A DNA stretch of 64,000 nt from Azolla caroliniana (lineage: Eukaryota > Plantae > Polypodiophyta). The notes under the pieces are model-generated. The model worked only from the letters and a program-made list of their open reading frames with translations, did not search any database and had not been told where the DNA came from. The stretch spans positions 10,540,001-10,604,000 of the forward strand of contig JBHGNT010000012.1 in assembly GCA_043228905.1 (NCBI GenBank), given 5' to 3'. This document shows, piece after piece, positions 53,513-64,000 of the stretch (position 1 is the first letter of the stretch; every line of letters begins with the position of its first letter). Position numbers and translations under genes: made by a program.

Positions 53513-56500
53513 TGTTAAGCGTTTGGATTGCACCACGATTGGTTATGAAGAATAATGCACCAACAAGGACATAGTACCGCTAAAGGAACTATGAAGAGGA
53601 AATGGCAAGAGGAAAAGTAGCTAATGGATAGCCAAGTGTGAAAGAGTCATACCCTAAATGCAAATACTATATAAACCACATTGTGGTGGCTTTGTAAGAG
53701 TTCTTCCATTTGTAAAGTTCTCCCTATTGATTAAGAGCTAGAGCTTCCTCTCCTCCTTGTATCCCTTAAGCTTAAGAGAGATTAGTGAAGTCTTTCGTTA
53801 GAGAACACTAATCTCTCTTCCTTATTGGTGCTAGACTCTTAGCAAAGAGGGTTAATAAACATATTCATTACTCTTATTGTCTATTAGAGAGAGCTTGAGA
53901 GGGTGAGAGAGATATCGTGCTTAATAATCAATTAATCATTAAGTGAGTGTGAGGCTCAGAGGTGTCCAACAACCATCTTCGCTTGATTCGCCATCAAAAG
54001 GGTATTATACCCCAGTCCGAGCTCCGCAAACGACATTGAGGAGTGATTAATTACATCGATACATAGATCGTACACATCTATTTCACGCCGTTGTCGGGAA
54101 AGCGACCGACGCTTGAAGCCAATTTTGAGTGATCGAACACTCGTAGGCAACCCACTTAACGATGGAAGAAATCAAAAGGAAACCATTGTTTTTATGAATT
54201 AAAATTTTCACCATTTCATGTTTTAATTAAGCTAATTTTCTGTTTTTTTTTATTTTAATTGTTTTCCCCCCCTAATTGCCCGGATATTAGCAAGCTATTT
54301 GTCCGGTTAGTACTAAGATTTAGCCATTTCAGGGCAAGGATAATCAACGTGATTCTTGCTGATCACGATCATCTGACAATACATGAAACGACCGTTGGAG
54401 AAAAAATTAAATTAAATTAAATTCAAATTTTTTGACCAAAGTTCAATGAAAGATCAAAGTTCGATGACCCCTCAAAGGTTGAAGAACCCTAAAAGGTTGA
54501 CGAAAGATCAAAGTTCGACGAACCCTCAAAGTTTGACGAAAGATCAAAGTTCGACAAACCCTCAAACGCTGACGAACCCTCAAAGTTCGAAGTCGAGACA
54601 ACACAAGGAACATCCAAAATCCTTCGTCGTACATATGATCGGATCATCATGAACGGGGATGTTCAAAACCCGACCCACACGCCAGGAAGAGCTCACCCAA
54701 ACTTACCAAACGCACGGTGTTGGCCCATCTAACCCGACTCGATACCACATAGGGTGGTTAACCCCAGGGACACTACTAAACATGAAGCTCTTGCCAAGCC
54801 CGACAACCAAAGCACCTCTCAACACACCTCCACTACAGGAGAGCCCAAAGGCAGACTTGCTTAGCTTAGAGCAACACATACGGGACACAATGCAAGACTT
54901 GCGTGCGATAGAACAAGAAATAAATATATGGAAGATACAACTCACGAAAGGGGGACAACCAGAGGTGATCACCTGTGATATTGAAGCTTTCCTTGTGGAA
55001 AGAAAAGACACATTCGCGCGAGTACATAAAAAACTTAACCTTCTAGAAGCATCGACACATTCGTGCCGACGAGAACTCGTGCCCAGCCCTCCCTCGCATT
55101 CGAGCACAATGGGGAACAACCAAAACGAAGAACACACGCGAAGACCCCCAACACCGATGTGTATGAACGCTATCCCTACACCCGACCGAACCACCTCAAC
55201 ACCTCCAAATGTTGAACTTGCAGTGGCGTTACAGTCCATCCAAATCCTAGTGGCATTGATGGAAAAAGAACGTGCACCCGCGGACAATTCAAGAAACCCC
55301 ACAAACGATAGCAGGAAGAACACATCCATTTCTAAACTAGTACCTTGCTTCCTCAGTTTCGGTGATGCTTATGACCACGTAGAGAGGTTCAAATAGATAT
55401 GTCGAACTTATGAACCTCTCATAGAGGATACCAAAGTAGCCGCATTCGAGCTTATGCTCGACGACCAAACCAGAATTTGGTTTAGGACTTTGAATGAAGA
55501 CATCATCACGGACTTCGAGTATGTCATCGAAGATTTTTTAATCAACTTTGCTCGTAGAGGGAATAAATGGAACCCGATCAACCAACTTTTTGCCCTCAAG
55601 CAAGAAGCAAAAGAGACGGTCAAGGATTATATCCACCGCACGAAAAGCCTTCACCATCGATGTAGCCCGAGTGATAAAATGTCAGACGACCCATTGATGA
55701 GCCGCTTTATCAATGGGTTGTTTGACCCGACACTCCAAATTTTCCTCATCGCTAGGATGTGAGGGTCATTCACGGAAGCTTGTACTATAGTGATGACTTT
55801 CGAAGATTCAATGAGCGGGTTGAAGATACCCACACAATCTCCTATGAACAACCGCAAGAAGACCTCGGAACCCACTCCACCCACACCGCCGAGACCACCC
55901 CGTATAGAAAGACCCCAAGCATATGCCCAAAGAGAAAATGTAAGGTGCGTAGTGTGCCATGGCCATCACACCAGGCATGAGTGCCCTCTCCTCCACCAAT
56001 GATAGCCTCAATACTATAAGTGGTGCAAAGCCTTCGTGATGCACTCTCAAGAGAACTGCTAGCAAGCCCCAAATGGAAGATATGGCCAAACACTAATGGT
56101 CGAGTTCCCACGATTACCGCCACCGCTTAGCCGCTCACAACTACTCGCAATACTTCCCCAACAACCCCACTACTTCGCATTGGAGCTCACCTCGCCGAAC
56201 TAGAATACGCCACTAATAAGCAAGCTCAGGTTGGGAGGGGGTACCCCAGAATATGAAGACCCATACCAGGAGTATGTCAGTGAAGAAGAGGTGCTTTCCC
56301 ACTTCGTGACTTTGAAGGCGACCAAATAATAGTCTACGTCTTACGAGGAGAACAAAGGTGCCCACCGATGAGATATCAAAATAACAATGGTTTAAGAAGG
56401 CTAGAATTGAATTTTTCAATTGCTAAGGGCCACACATGGTTAGCAAGTGCCCAACTAAACATGAATACTACAACCGGATGGCACGACGACCATGATACAC

Positions 56501-57890
56501 CCCACCGGAAGCACCCTCACAACCACCAATACAAAGTCTCAACCAACAGTCACATGACCTCATCGAGTGGTTCCAGTGGGAGGCATCATGCTCGGGGTGT
56601 GGTAAAGAACACTTGGTACCTGACTGCCAGGAGAAAAAGAAATGGATTGGGACCAACCTATTATCCATAGTATCATCAACGATTGGCGTTGATGTCATCA
56701 CACGAGCTCAAAGAGTAGCTCATAACTTGAAGTGTCATGACCACACGGAAGAAGTGAAAATCTAAAAAGATCACATCCACAAAGACCTCCAAGCAAGATC
56801 AAGAACCTTAGGGAGACGTAGAAGTGATACCCATAAACCCTAACCAAGACTTACCAACACACCTAGAGGGTACCCAAACCCAGTAGCTGAAAAACGAAAG
56901 GTCGAAGAATACATCAAACTCATACGCCACAAATAGATCGAAGGATCACTTAGCCTCCCGAGACTAAACTTTGACTAGCTAGAAGAATGAGTAAACCCTC
57001 CTCCCCGATACGCGGATACGACCCCCTTCGCCACAATGCCAACCGACACCCCCATCTCTAAATCTACTCTGATTAAAGAAGTCAACACAATCTTGCTCCA
57101 GCAAATATTAAATCTAAAGTTACAACTAACATTGCGTGAAGTACTGAGCTACATCGGCACCTTCGTGATTGACAATCACAAGCTACAACCTATACTCGCT
57201 AAAGAAGTAGAATTCACACTCGAAGACATACTCAAACTCAACATTCATCCATGGCATGATGTCCTCCGCCGCCTCAATGGAGGTTTGTCTGCAGGCTATG
57301 GGGAGAAAATACACACCCACATCCCTCATATGACCACAGTCCCCAAACAACCCAAAGAAATAGCGGTAGATATATGTGGAGCTCATTTCAAGATTGACGA
57401 TACTAGTTTCACTCTCCCCATTTGCGTCAACGGCATGGCATGACTTGCGACGTGATTATCGACACCGGAGTAGGGGTAAGCATAGTTAGCTGCAAATGTT
57501 GGTGTAAGTGGGGCAACCCAAAAATTCTTCCTTCAAGCGTCAAGCTCCGAATGGCGGATGGTTCCATCCAACATCTAGAAGGCATGATCCATGCACACAA
57601 CTTCACTATCTGTGGGGTCGACTTCAATCTTACCTTCGTCGTCACAAGATCATCTAATCACATGGCTTACGAGTGTTGACTAGGACATCCATTCCTAAGA
57701 GTAAGTCGCCTCGTGATGGACTTTGGGAATGACACAATTTATATGCGGAAAAACAACAAAACATTTCGCATCAAGGCGTACACACAAAAAGTCCACGAAC
57801 AAGAAGGTAGTCCCCTTGTCGACGATTGGTTAGAGACCACCGAGTTCGAGACCAACCTCCTCAAGTGCCACCCCACAAAGACTGTCCAGT
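53513..57890 (+). mobile_element. Degenerate Ty3/gypsy-like 5' half (LTR-like tract, gag, protease)
   Basis: TATA-bearing LTR-like tract about 53513-53958; retrotransposon gag (IWFRTL...LKQEAKETVKDY...FINGL); Cys/His knuckle CVVCHGHHTRHEC; protease VIIDTG. Boundaries uncertain. Confidence 0.72.
54437..54592 (+). repeat. About 36-bp tandem repeats in the gypsy 5' leader
   Basis: GACGAAAGATCAAAGTTCGACGAACCCTCAAA unit, about 4 copies. Confidence 0.8.
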
Positions 57891-57892
57891 GT

Positions 57893-58114
57893 GCACGCTA
57901 ATAGAGAATGAGAGTTGGGACTTGGTTGATGCCCCCAAGGGTGTGAAGCTGATTGGATGCAGGTGGGTGTACAAGTCAAGTACAACGCCCACGACTCGGT
58001 CAACTGATATAAGGCTTGATTGGTGGCCAAGGGCTACGTGTAGAAACACCACATCGATTATGATGACACCTTCGCATAGGTTGCAAAGATGACAACTGTC
58101 TGTGTACATGGTAT
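57893..58114 (+). mobile_element. Family-A copia RT fragment (target of the LTR element at 58115)
   Basis: ENESWDLVDAPKGVKLIGCRWVYK, colinear with about 1950-2270 with a deletion. Confidence 0.85.
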
Positions 58115-60472
58115 TGTTAACTCTTAGGGCCGGACAATGGCCTAACACAGGGTGTCTACGGAAGACACTTCACCAAAGGGGTGTTACGGCAACAGGATTA
58201 GACTCAACGATTAATCCGACTTAATTAGGTTACTTAGCATGATCGTCTTTAATAATCACACGCGTAAGATATAACAATGAAGGCAGAACGACAATTAACA
58301 CAGAGAGATAACAACACTAAGCTTTATTAATTAACCGCTATTCATTACATTGTATCCAGGCCTTTAAATAGGTTTCCGGTCTGTATTACAAAACGGTGCC
58401 ATCCGCACCTGTTCGGGATCGGTTCGGATCCGGAACGGCATACCGATTCCGGTCCGTCCGTCCACACTCATAGCTTACTTACAACCATTCCTACTAATTA
58501 AATAACTCCCCGTTTCACACTCTGGACTCCTTTGCCGGCCGGTAACACATGGCACGCCCGTGGGACAGTACCTTGTACGTCGAATCCACAACCGACCCTT
58601 GCTATTCTTCGTCCAAAATATCCAGAATGCTTTGTTCGAGAGTCTCCAATGGTTCATCTGGAATTGGTTGTTGTTGTTGTTGCTCTGTTGATGTCTGCTG
58701 CGACGGGTCCGTTGTTGGCTGCTGCGGCTGCTTCTCCGTTTGTTGCTTTGACACCGGCGTCTCCGTCGTTGCTCCCTCCATCGTAGTGGTCTCCGGTTGA
58801 CAGGTTTCGGGCTGGCCCTCGGCCGGCGACGGTTCCTCATCACTAAGGTTAACTGTTGCCGCTTCCCGTGCTTTTTCTTCCCGAACCTAGGACCGCTCGT
58901 AGCTTTCAAACTGGATTTGAGCGTCCAACCTATCATCGTCTAGCTGAGCTACGAGTTGCTGGACCTGCGCCAGCTGTTCATCCGCCAGGACTTGGAAGTC
59001 GTCGGCCAGCTCGTCCTGTATGGCGGTGAAGTCCTCGGAAGTCAACGTATAACAATCATCTCCTTCCTTCCGCCGGTTTGCCACATCTGCCCGTAGCAAT
59101 TGGAGTTCCGCCGCGTTTTGTGCCCACTTTGTCCACCATCTTACGAAACTTTCGTCAATCAAGTGTTTTGTCTGATTCAGCCATACCCGAAGGATGGACT
59201 GAATTCGGCCCGTTCCTAATTGCGATTTGGTTTCCGCCGCTTGCCGTTCCTCCTTCAGTTGCTTGATGATTTTGACGTTGTCTTCCGCCTGCTCCTTGTA
59301 ATGCGTCAATTGCCTTTGATATGTGCTTTGTAATTTCTGCAATACCGTTGACGCTCTCTCCTTTTCTTCCTATTGCTGCCTCTGGAGCTCCATCCGGACC
59401 TTCTCCGCCTCGTCCAAGCGTCTTGTATTTTCCGCACATTCGTCGGCGATCGCCGTCGCGGCCCGATCAACTTCCTGCTGGAGCTCGGCCATCCGTTCCT
59501 TATGCTCCCTTTCCAGCCGTTTGTAGTCCCGGTGCAGGTGCTCAAAATCATCTGTCTTTTGCTTGAGCCGTGCGTTGATCTGTCGACGGGCTCGGTCCTC
59601 GCGGTCCTTCTGCTGGCGGAGCTCTTCCTTTAGCCGTTCAATTTCCGTTTCCGCCGTCTTCCCCAGCTTGTCCTTTTCCTGCAGCACTTTGTCTTTTTCC
59701 TCCCTTAGCCGGTCGTACGCTTGATGGCCTTTCCGGAGGCTCTCCTCTGCCCGACGGAGGTTCTCAGCAGTCTTCTTTAATTCGGCTTCGACCGCTGTCT
59801 TCAATTCCCGTTCACGGCTCCTTAGCGCTTCTTGTGCGGCAAGTTCATCTCTCAATTCCGCAAGCTCATGGGCTTGCGCCGCATCTCTCGCCGGAACGGT
59901 TTCCGTTGCCGGGGTCTTATTGGTATGTACAGGTCGATCCGTTTCTTTATTCTATACACTTACCGGAGTCACCGGTGATTAGATTTGTGTTGCCATTAAG
60001 GCCATTTTGGCCATCTCTGTCGTGACCTAATCCAAGTCTTTTTCAAGGCACCGGATTCTGGACCAGGCCATCTCTAGTTGTTCGGTTGTGATGAGCAACC
60101 GTTCGCTTTGCGCTCTTTCTTCCGCCTCAATATACCCCACTGCTCCGGCTATCTGTTCGCCTATCCACCGAAGCCACAGGCTACCAGTGCATTGTTGTGC
60201 TTGCACGGAGGTTTGACATATGGGCTCACTTGTAGATGGGTGGTCCCACCTGGTTGCGCCGAGTTGCAATTTTGTTTCTGCCCGTGGACCACCCTGCTGT
60301 CCTGGTTCCCCTTGCACTTCTTCTTGGTTGGCCGAGGGAGGCTGCATTGACCTTTCCGGCTCTGGCAGGATGGGACTTGCCGGTGTTGCCGGTGGTGCCG
60401 GGGCTTCTGATTCCGGTGCCATGCGCACCGGTTCCGGTTCCTCCCTTGGTGTGGGAGTCTCAGTATGGGGAG
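58115..60472. mobile_element. Unclassified LTR element copy 2: LTR 58115-58547, tRNA-Arg-matching site 58550-58591, coiled-coil ORF (-); interrupted by C2
   Basis: LTR TGTTA...TAACA, followed after 2 nt by TGGCACGCCCGTGGGAC. Confidence 0.85.
58602..60472 (-). pseudogene. Coiled-coil protein of unknown function, copy 2 (more than 620 codons, N-terminus displaced by C2)
   Basis: ORF pieces ending at 60027, 59370, 58887 and the terminal stop at 58602 are all in one frame; internal stops are TAG/TAA; ends LETLEQSILDILDEE*. Confidence 0.82.
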
Positions 60473-60539
60473 TGTTGGGATTTTCGGTCCCTCCGGATGG
60501 GATGTCCGGAGATGAATGACGGCAAGCCCGGTTGCGGTT

Positions 60540-60692
60540 ACGGATCCGGAGGATGAAGAGTACCCGGCTACGGAGCCGGATGATGAAGACCCAGCTACGG
60601 AGCCGGATGATGAAGACCCGGCTACGGAGCCGGATGACGAAGACCCGGCTACGGAGCCGGATGATGAAGACCCGGCTACAGAGCCGGATGAT
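60540..60692 (+). repeat. 27-bp tandem repeat array in the C2 U3
   Basis: GGATGATGAAGACCCGGCTACGGAGCC, about 5-6 copies versus about 2 in the C1 LTRs. Confidence 0.92.
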
Positions 60693-61208
60693 GTATGTAC
60701 CCGGAGAGAGATCCGGATGCGGGGACATATTTGTGAATATGTTTGCCAAGGGCCCTTGAGGCTATATTTGTAAATAGCCCGAAAGTCATATGTGTATAAA
60801 TATGACTTAGGGCAAACTGTTTGTTTGTTGCTGAAAAGTTGTTGCTTATTTTTTCTGTTTTCACTTAGAGAGAGTGTAGAGAGCAGCCGAGAGAGAGAGA
60901 GAGAGAGAGACGAGGAGGTCGTTGCCTCTGTGTATTACCGCCGCCTGTGGCGAAGATAGTGAGCTCAAGGTTGTTGCCTTGAAGCTTCACCATTGTACAT
61001 CTCTGTTCATAGTGATAGTTGGAGTTTGAGGACTCCCGTGGTTTTTCCCATTTAGGGTTTTCCACGTAGAACATCCAGTGTACCTTTCTCTCTATTGTTT
61101 TTCGTGCATTGTTGTATTTCCCGTTTTCTGTGAATCGATCCTGTTCCTCGGTTGTGGCCGAGCACGGAATTTCAACAAATTGGTATCAGAGCGACGGTAA
61201 CACAGAAA

Positions 61209-64000
61209 ATGGAAGGCGGCAGCAGCGGGCAGCCGGGGATGATGGTGCTGAATGCGCAGAACTACGCCGACTGGAAGATAAAGATGGAGGATCTGCTCAT
61301 TGTTCGGGACCTGTATGAACCGATCGACAGGTCGGAAATACCCAAGGGGGTACTTGAGACGGAGTGGAGGCTTCTGAACCGGAAAGCCGTTGCAACCATT
61401 CGGCAATACGTCGACGTGAGCGTTCTACAACACGTGGCAAACGACACCAACGCATATGAGATGTGGAGGAAGCTGTCGGGCCTCTACGAGAGAAAGAATG
61501 CGTTGAACCGGACCTCCCTGATGAGAAAGATAGTGAATCTCAAGTACCGGGACGGCGAGAGTATGGTGGAACACGTAAGCACGTTCATGGGATTCGTGAA
61601 CCAGCTTGCGGCGATCAAGTTCCCGTTGGAGGATGCAATGCAAGCCATCATCCTGATGTGTACATTGCCGGACAGTTGGGAGAACTTGGTGGTGACTCTC
61701 AGCACCTCCTGCACCGAAGATAACTTGTCTCTACAAACGGTAAAGACAAGTATCTTGAACGAAGAAGCGCGTCGGAGAGATAAAGAACCGGCCTCCGACT
61801 CGAAGGCGCTGCTTACCGAATCGGATCGGGGAAGACAATGGAACCGGAGTCCGCAAAGACGGGAGAAGTCGGGGACCCGGTCGCAGTCAAGAGGAAGGCC
61901 TACATGCTTCCACTGTGGGAAGCCGGGGCATTTCCGGAAGAATTGTCGGCATTACCGAAAGGACAACGGAGCCGACGACACCGATTTGAAGAAGTCACCG
62001 GAGCGAAACGGTGCATACCGGGGAGCCACGGACCGGAGAGGTCCGGATCGGCGAGGGCAGGACCGGAGAGGAACGACGGCACTCGCGGCAAGTGAAGAAG
62101 AGATAATGCTCATTACCGAAGAGAGGGAGCTGAACCTTGCCGGAGAAGAGATGACCTGGGTGGTCGATTCCGGAGCGTCGTTCCACCTGACCCCGGAGAG
62201 AAAATACTTCTCATCCTACACTGCCGGTGAGCATGGCTGTGTCCGGATGGGAAATGAAGGTACGTGCCGGATTGCCGGCATAGGAGACGTGTGGCTGATG
62301 ACATCAACCGGATGCAAGATGCTGCTGAAGAATGTCCGACACGTTCCGGAGGTTCGATTGAACCTGATTTCGGCCGGGAGGCTAGACGATGAAGGCTACA
62401 CAGGTAGCATCCGGAACGGCGTAATGAAGTTCAGCAAGGGGAGCCTGATAGTGGCTCGGGCCCGGAAAGACAACACACTGTACCTGATGAATGCCCGGCT
62501 ATGTCCGGAGGAGCTGAACGTGGCATCCGACACTGCCGGTGAGCTATGGCACAAGAGACTGTGCCACATGAGCGAGAAGGGGATGAAGAGGCTTGCCGAA
62601 GACAACCTGATACCGGTAAAGCATGTACACTTGGGGAAGTGTACCGACTGTCTGGCCGGTAAGCAAAACCGGACCTCCTTCCACTCGAGGCCACCGACGA
62701 GACGTAGCGCACCACTGGAGTTGGTGCACACTGATGTGTGTCAGGTAGAAACGAAGTCACATGGCGGAGCCCAGTACTTCGTGACATTCATTGATGATCA
62801 CAGCCGGAAGCTGTGGACGGCACCGTTGAAGACAAAGGACCAAGTGTTGGGCGTCTTCAAAGAACTCCACGCGAGAATGGAAAGGGAATCCGGCAAGAAG
62901 CTGAAAGCGATACGAGCGGATAACGGAGGGGAATACCGGGGGCAGTTCCAGGAGTACTGTCGCTCGAAGGGAATCCGGCTCGAGTTTACTGTGCCGAAGA
63001 CGCCGGAACTAAACGGGCTGGCCGAGAGGATGAACCGGACCATAATGGAGAGGGTCCGGAGTATGCTGGCACATGCGAAATTACCCAAGGGGTTTTGGGC
63101 TGAGGCAATGTCGACGGCGACATACGTGATAAACAGATCACCCTCAGTACCTTTGGACGGAGACACGCCGCAGAAAGTGTGGACCGGTAAGGAAGTGTCC
63201 TACCGGCATCTGAAGGTGTTCGGGTGTCTCGCATACGTGCATGTGGCAAAGGACCGGAGAGGAAAGCTAGATCCAAAGACCCGGCCATGCATATTCCTCG
63301 GTTACGGCGACGACGAGTTCGGCTACCGAGTATGGGACCCGGTCGACAAGAAGATATTCAGGAGTCGAGACATCATCTTCATGGAGGACAAGACACTCGC
63401 CGACTGGGAGTCGGAGAAGAAGATGAAGAGCTCCAAGTCGACCGGTGAGGATAAACTCTACGAGGAGCAGTCCCGACCGGTAAGGGACCGGTTAGCACTC
63501 GAGGATCCGGCCGAAGACGGTGAAGAAACAGAACCGGCCGAAGAAGATGAAACTGATACCGGAACCGGCCCCGATCCCGAAATGGATTCGGATGAAGAGG
63601 AAACGGAGGAGCCGGTTACCGAAGCTCCGGAACGGAGATATCCTCTAAGAGAGAGAAGGGCCCCCCGGAGATTTCCGGAACCTGAGCACGTGCTGCTAAC
63701 CGATGAAGGGGAGCCGGAAAGTTTTGAAGAAGCAAAGCTTGACAACCATAGCCGCAGGTGGTTAAGTGCCATGCAGGAGGAGATGGATTCCCTGCATGAG
63801 AACCACACATATGAACTTGTGGAGTTGCCGAAAGGTAAGCGGGCACTTCGAAACAAGTGGGTGTTCAAGCTGAAACCGGGAGATGCCGGAAACCCCACGA
63901 GATACAAAGCCAGGATCGTGGTGAAGGGGTTCCAGCAGAAGAAGGGCGTCGACTTCGACGAGATATTTGCCCCGGTAGTGAAGATGACCTCCATCCGGAC
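61209..64000 (+). CDS. C2 gag-pol polyprotein, apparently open to the window end
   Basis: ATG at 61209, colinear with C1, with sense codons (CGG, GAG) where C1 has stops. It is absent from the ORF track, consistent with no stop before the window edge. Confidence 0.88.
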   Translation, partial: MEGGSSGQPGMMVLNAQNYADWKIKMEDLLIVRDLYEPIDRSEIPKGVLETEWRLLNRKAVATIRQYVDVSVLQHVANDTNAYEMWRKLSGLYERKNALNRTSLMRKIVNLKYRDGESMVEHVSTFMGFVNQLAAIKFPLEDAMQAIILMCTLPDSWENLVVTLSTSCTEDNLSLQTVKTSILNEEARRRDKEPASDSKALLTESDRGRQWNRSPQRREKSGTRSQSRGRPTCFHCGKPGHFRKNCRHYRKDNGADDTDLKKSPERNGAYRGATDRRGPDRRGQDRRGTTALAASEEEIMLITEERELNLAGEEMTWVVDSGASFHLTPERKYFSSYTAGEHGCVRMGNEGTCRIAGIGDVWLMTSTGCKMLLKNVRHVPEVRLNLISAGRLDDEGYTGSIRNGVMKFSKGSLIVARARKDNTLYLMNARLCPEELNVASDTAGELWHKRLCHMSEKGMKRLAEDNLIPVKHVHLGKCTDCLAGKQNRTSFHSRPPTRRSAPLELVHTDVCQVETKSHGGAQYFVTFIDDHSRKLWTAPLKTKDQVLGVFKELHARMERESGKKLKAIRADNGGEYRGQFQEYCRSKGIRLEFTVPKTPELNGLAERMNRTIMERVRSMLAHAKLPKGFWAEAMSTATYVINRSPSVPLDGDTPQKVWTGKEVSYRHLKVFGCLAYVHVAKDRRGKLDPKTRPCIFLGYGDDEFGYRVWDPVDKKIFRSRDIIFMEDKTLADWESEKKMKSSKSTGEDKLYEEQSRPVRDRLALEDPAEDGEETEPAEEDETDTGTGPDPEMDSDEEETEEPVTEAPERRYPLRERRAPRRFPEPEHVLLTDEGEPESFEEAKLDNHSRRWLSAMQEEMDSLHENHTYELVELPKGKRALRNKWVFKLKPGDAGNPTRYKARIVVKGFQQKKGVDFDEIFAPVVKMTSIR

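Larger units (their letters stand above)
60473..64000 (+). mobile_element. Tork-like copia element C2 (continues past window)
   Basis: 5' LTR 60473-61177; PBS TGGTATCAGAGC at 61181; closely similar to C1. Confidence 0.96.

Noticed and set aside
60540-60692. CRISPR-like appearance of the 27-bp and 39-bp arrays
   Set aside because: Head-to-tail repeats without unique spacers, lying inside eukaryotic LTRs.
60027-60749. 240-aa ORF as a real fusion gene starting in the C2 LTR
   Set aside because: Chance in-frame join of antisense LTR repeats to the interrupted coiled-coil ORF at the insertion site.

Overview
Repeat-dense land-plant nuclear DNA; a seed-free plant such as a fern or lycophyte is likely, but that is inference from element types. 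It is mostly nested retrotransposons around one intact host gene, a 9-exon ZMAT2/Snu23 spliceosomal zinc-finger gene (38743-43256, minus). Contents: several Ty1/copia elements of two families (family A with a duplicated PPT, and Tnt1/Tork-like B/C/D/E, including a young full-length copy at 48030-53297 and an open-frame copy from 60473); a tRNA-Trp-primed Ty3/gypsy element; a second gypsy gag-PR remnant; two hAT-type non-autonomous elements; an L1-like LINE sitting in a (CT)n tract; and a 5.35 kb TIR element with an 8-bp TSD that has captured RACK1 and nucleobase-ascorbate transporter fragments. The most unusual signal is a two-copy LTR family (44170-46688 and 58115-60472). Its split tRNA-Arg(UCU)-matching primer site points opposite to both its long coiled-coil ORF and its LTR TATA/poly(A) signals. 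All coordinates were read by eye and may be off by a few bases.
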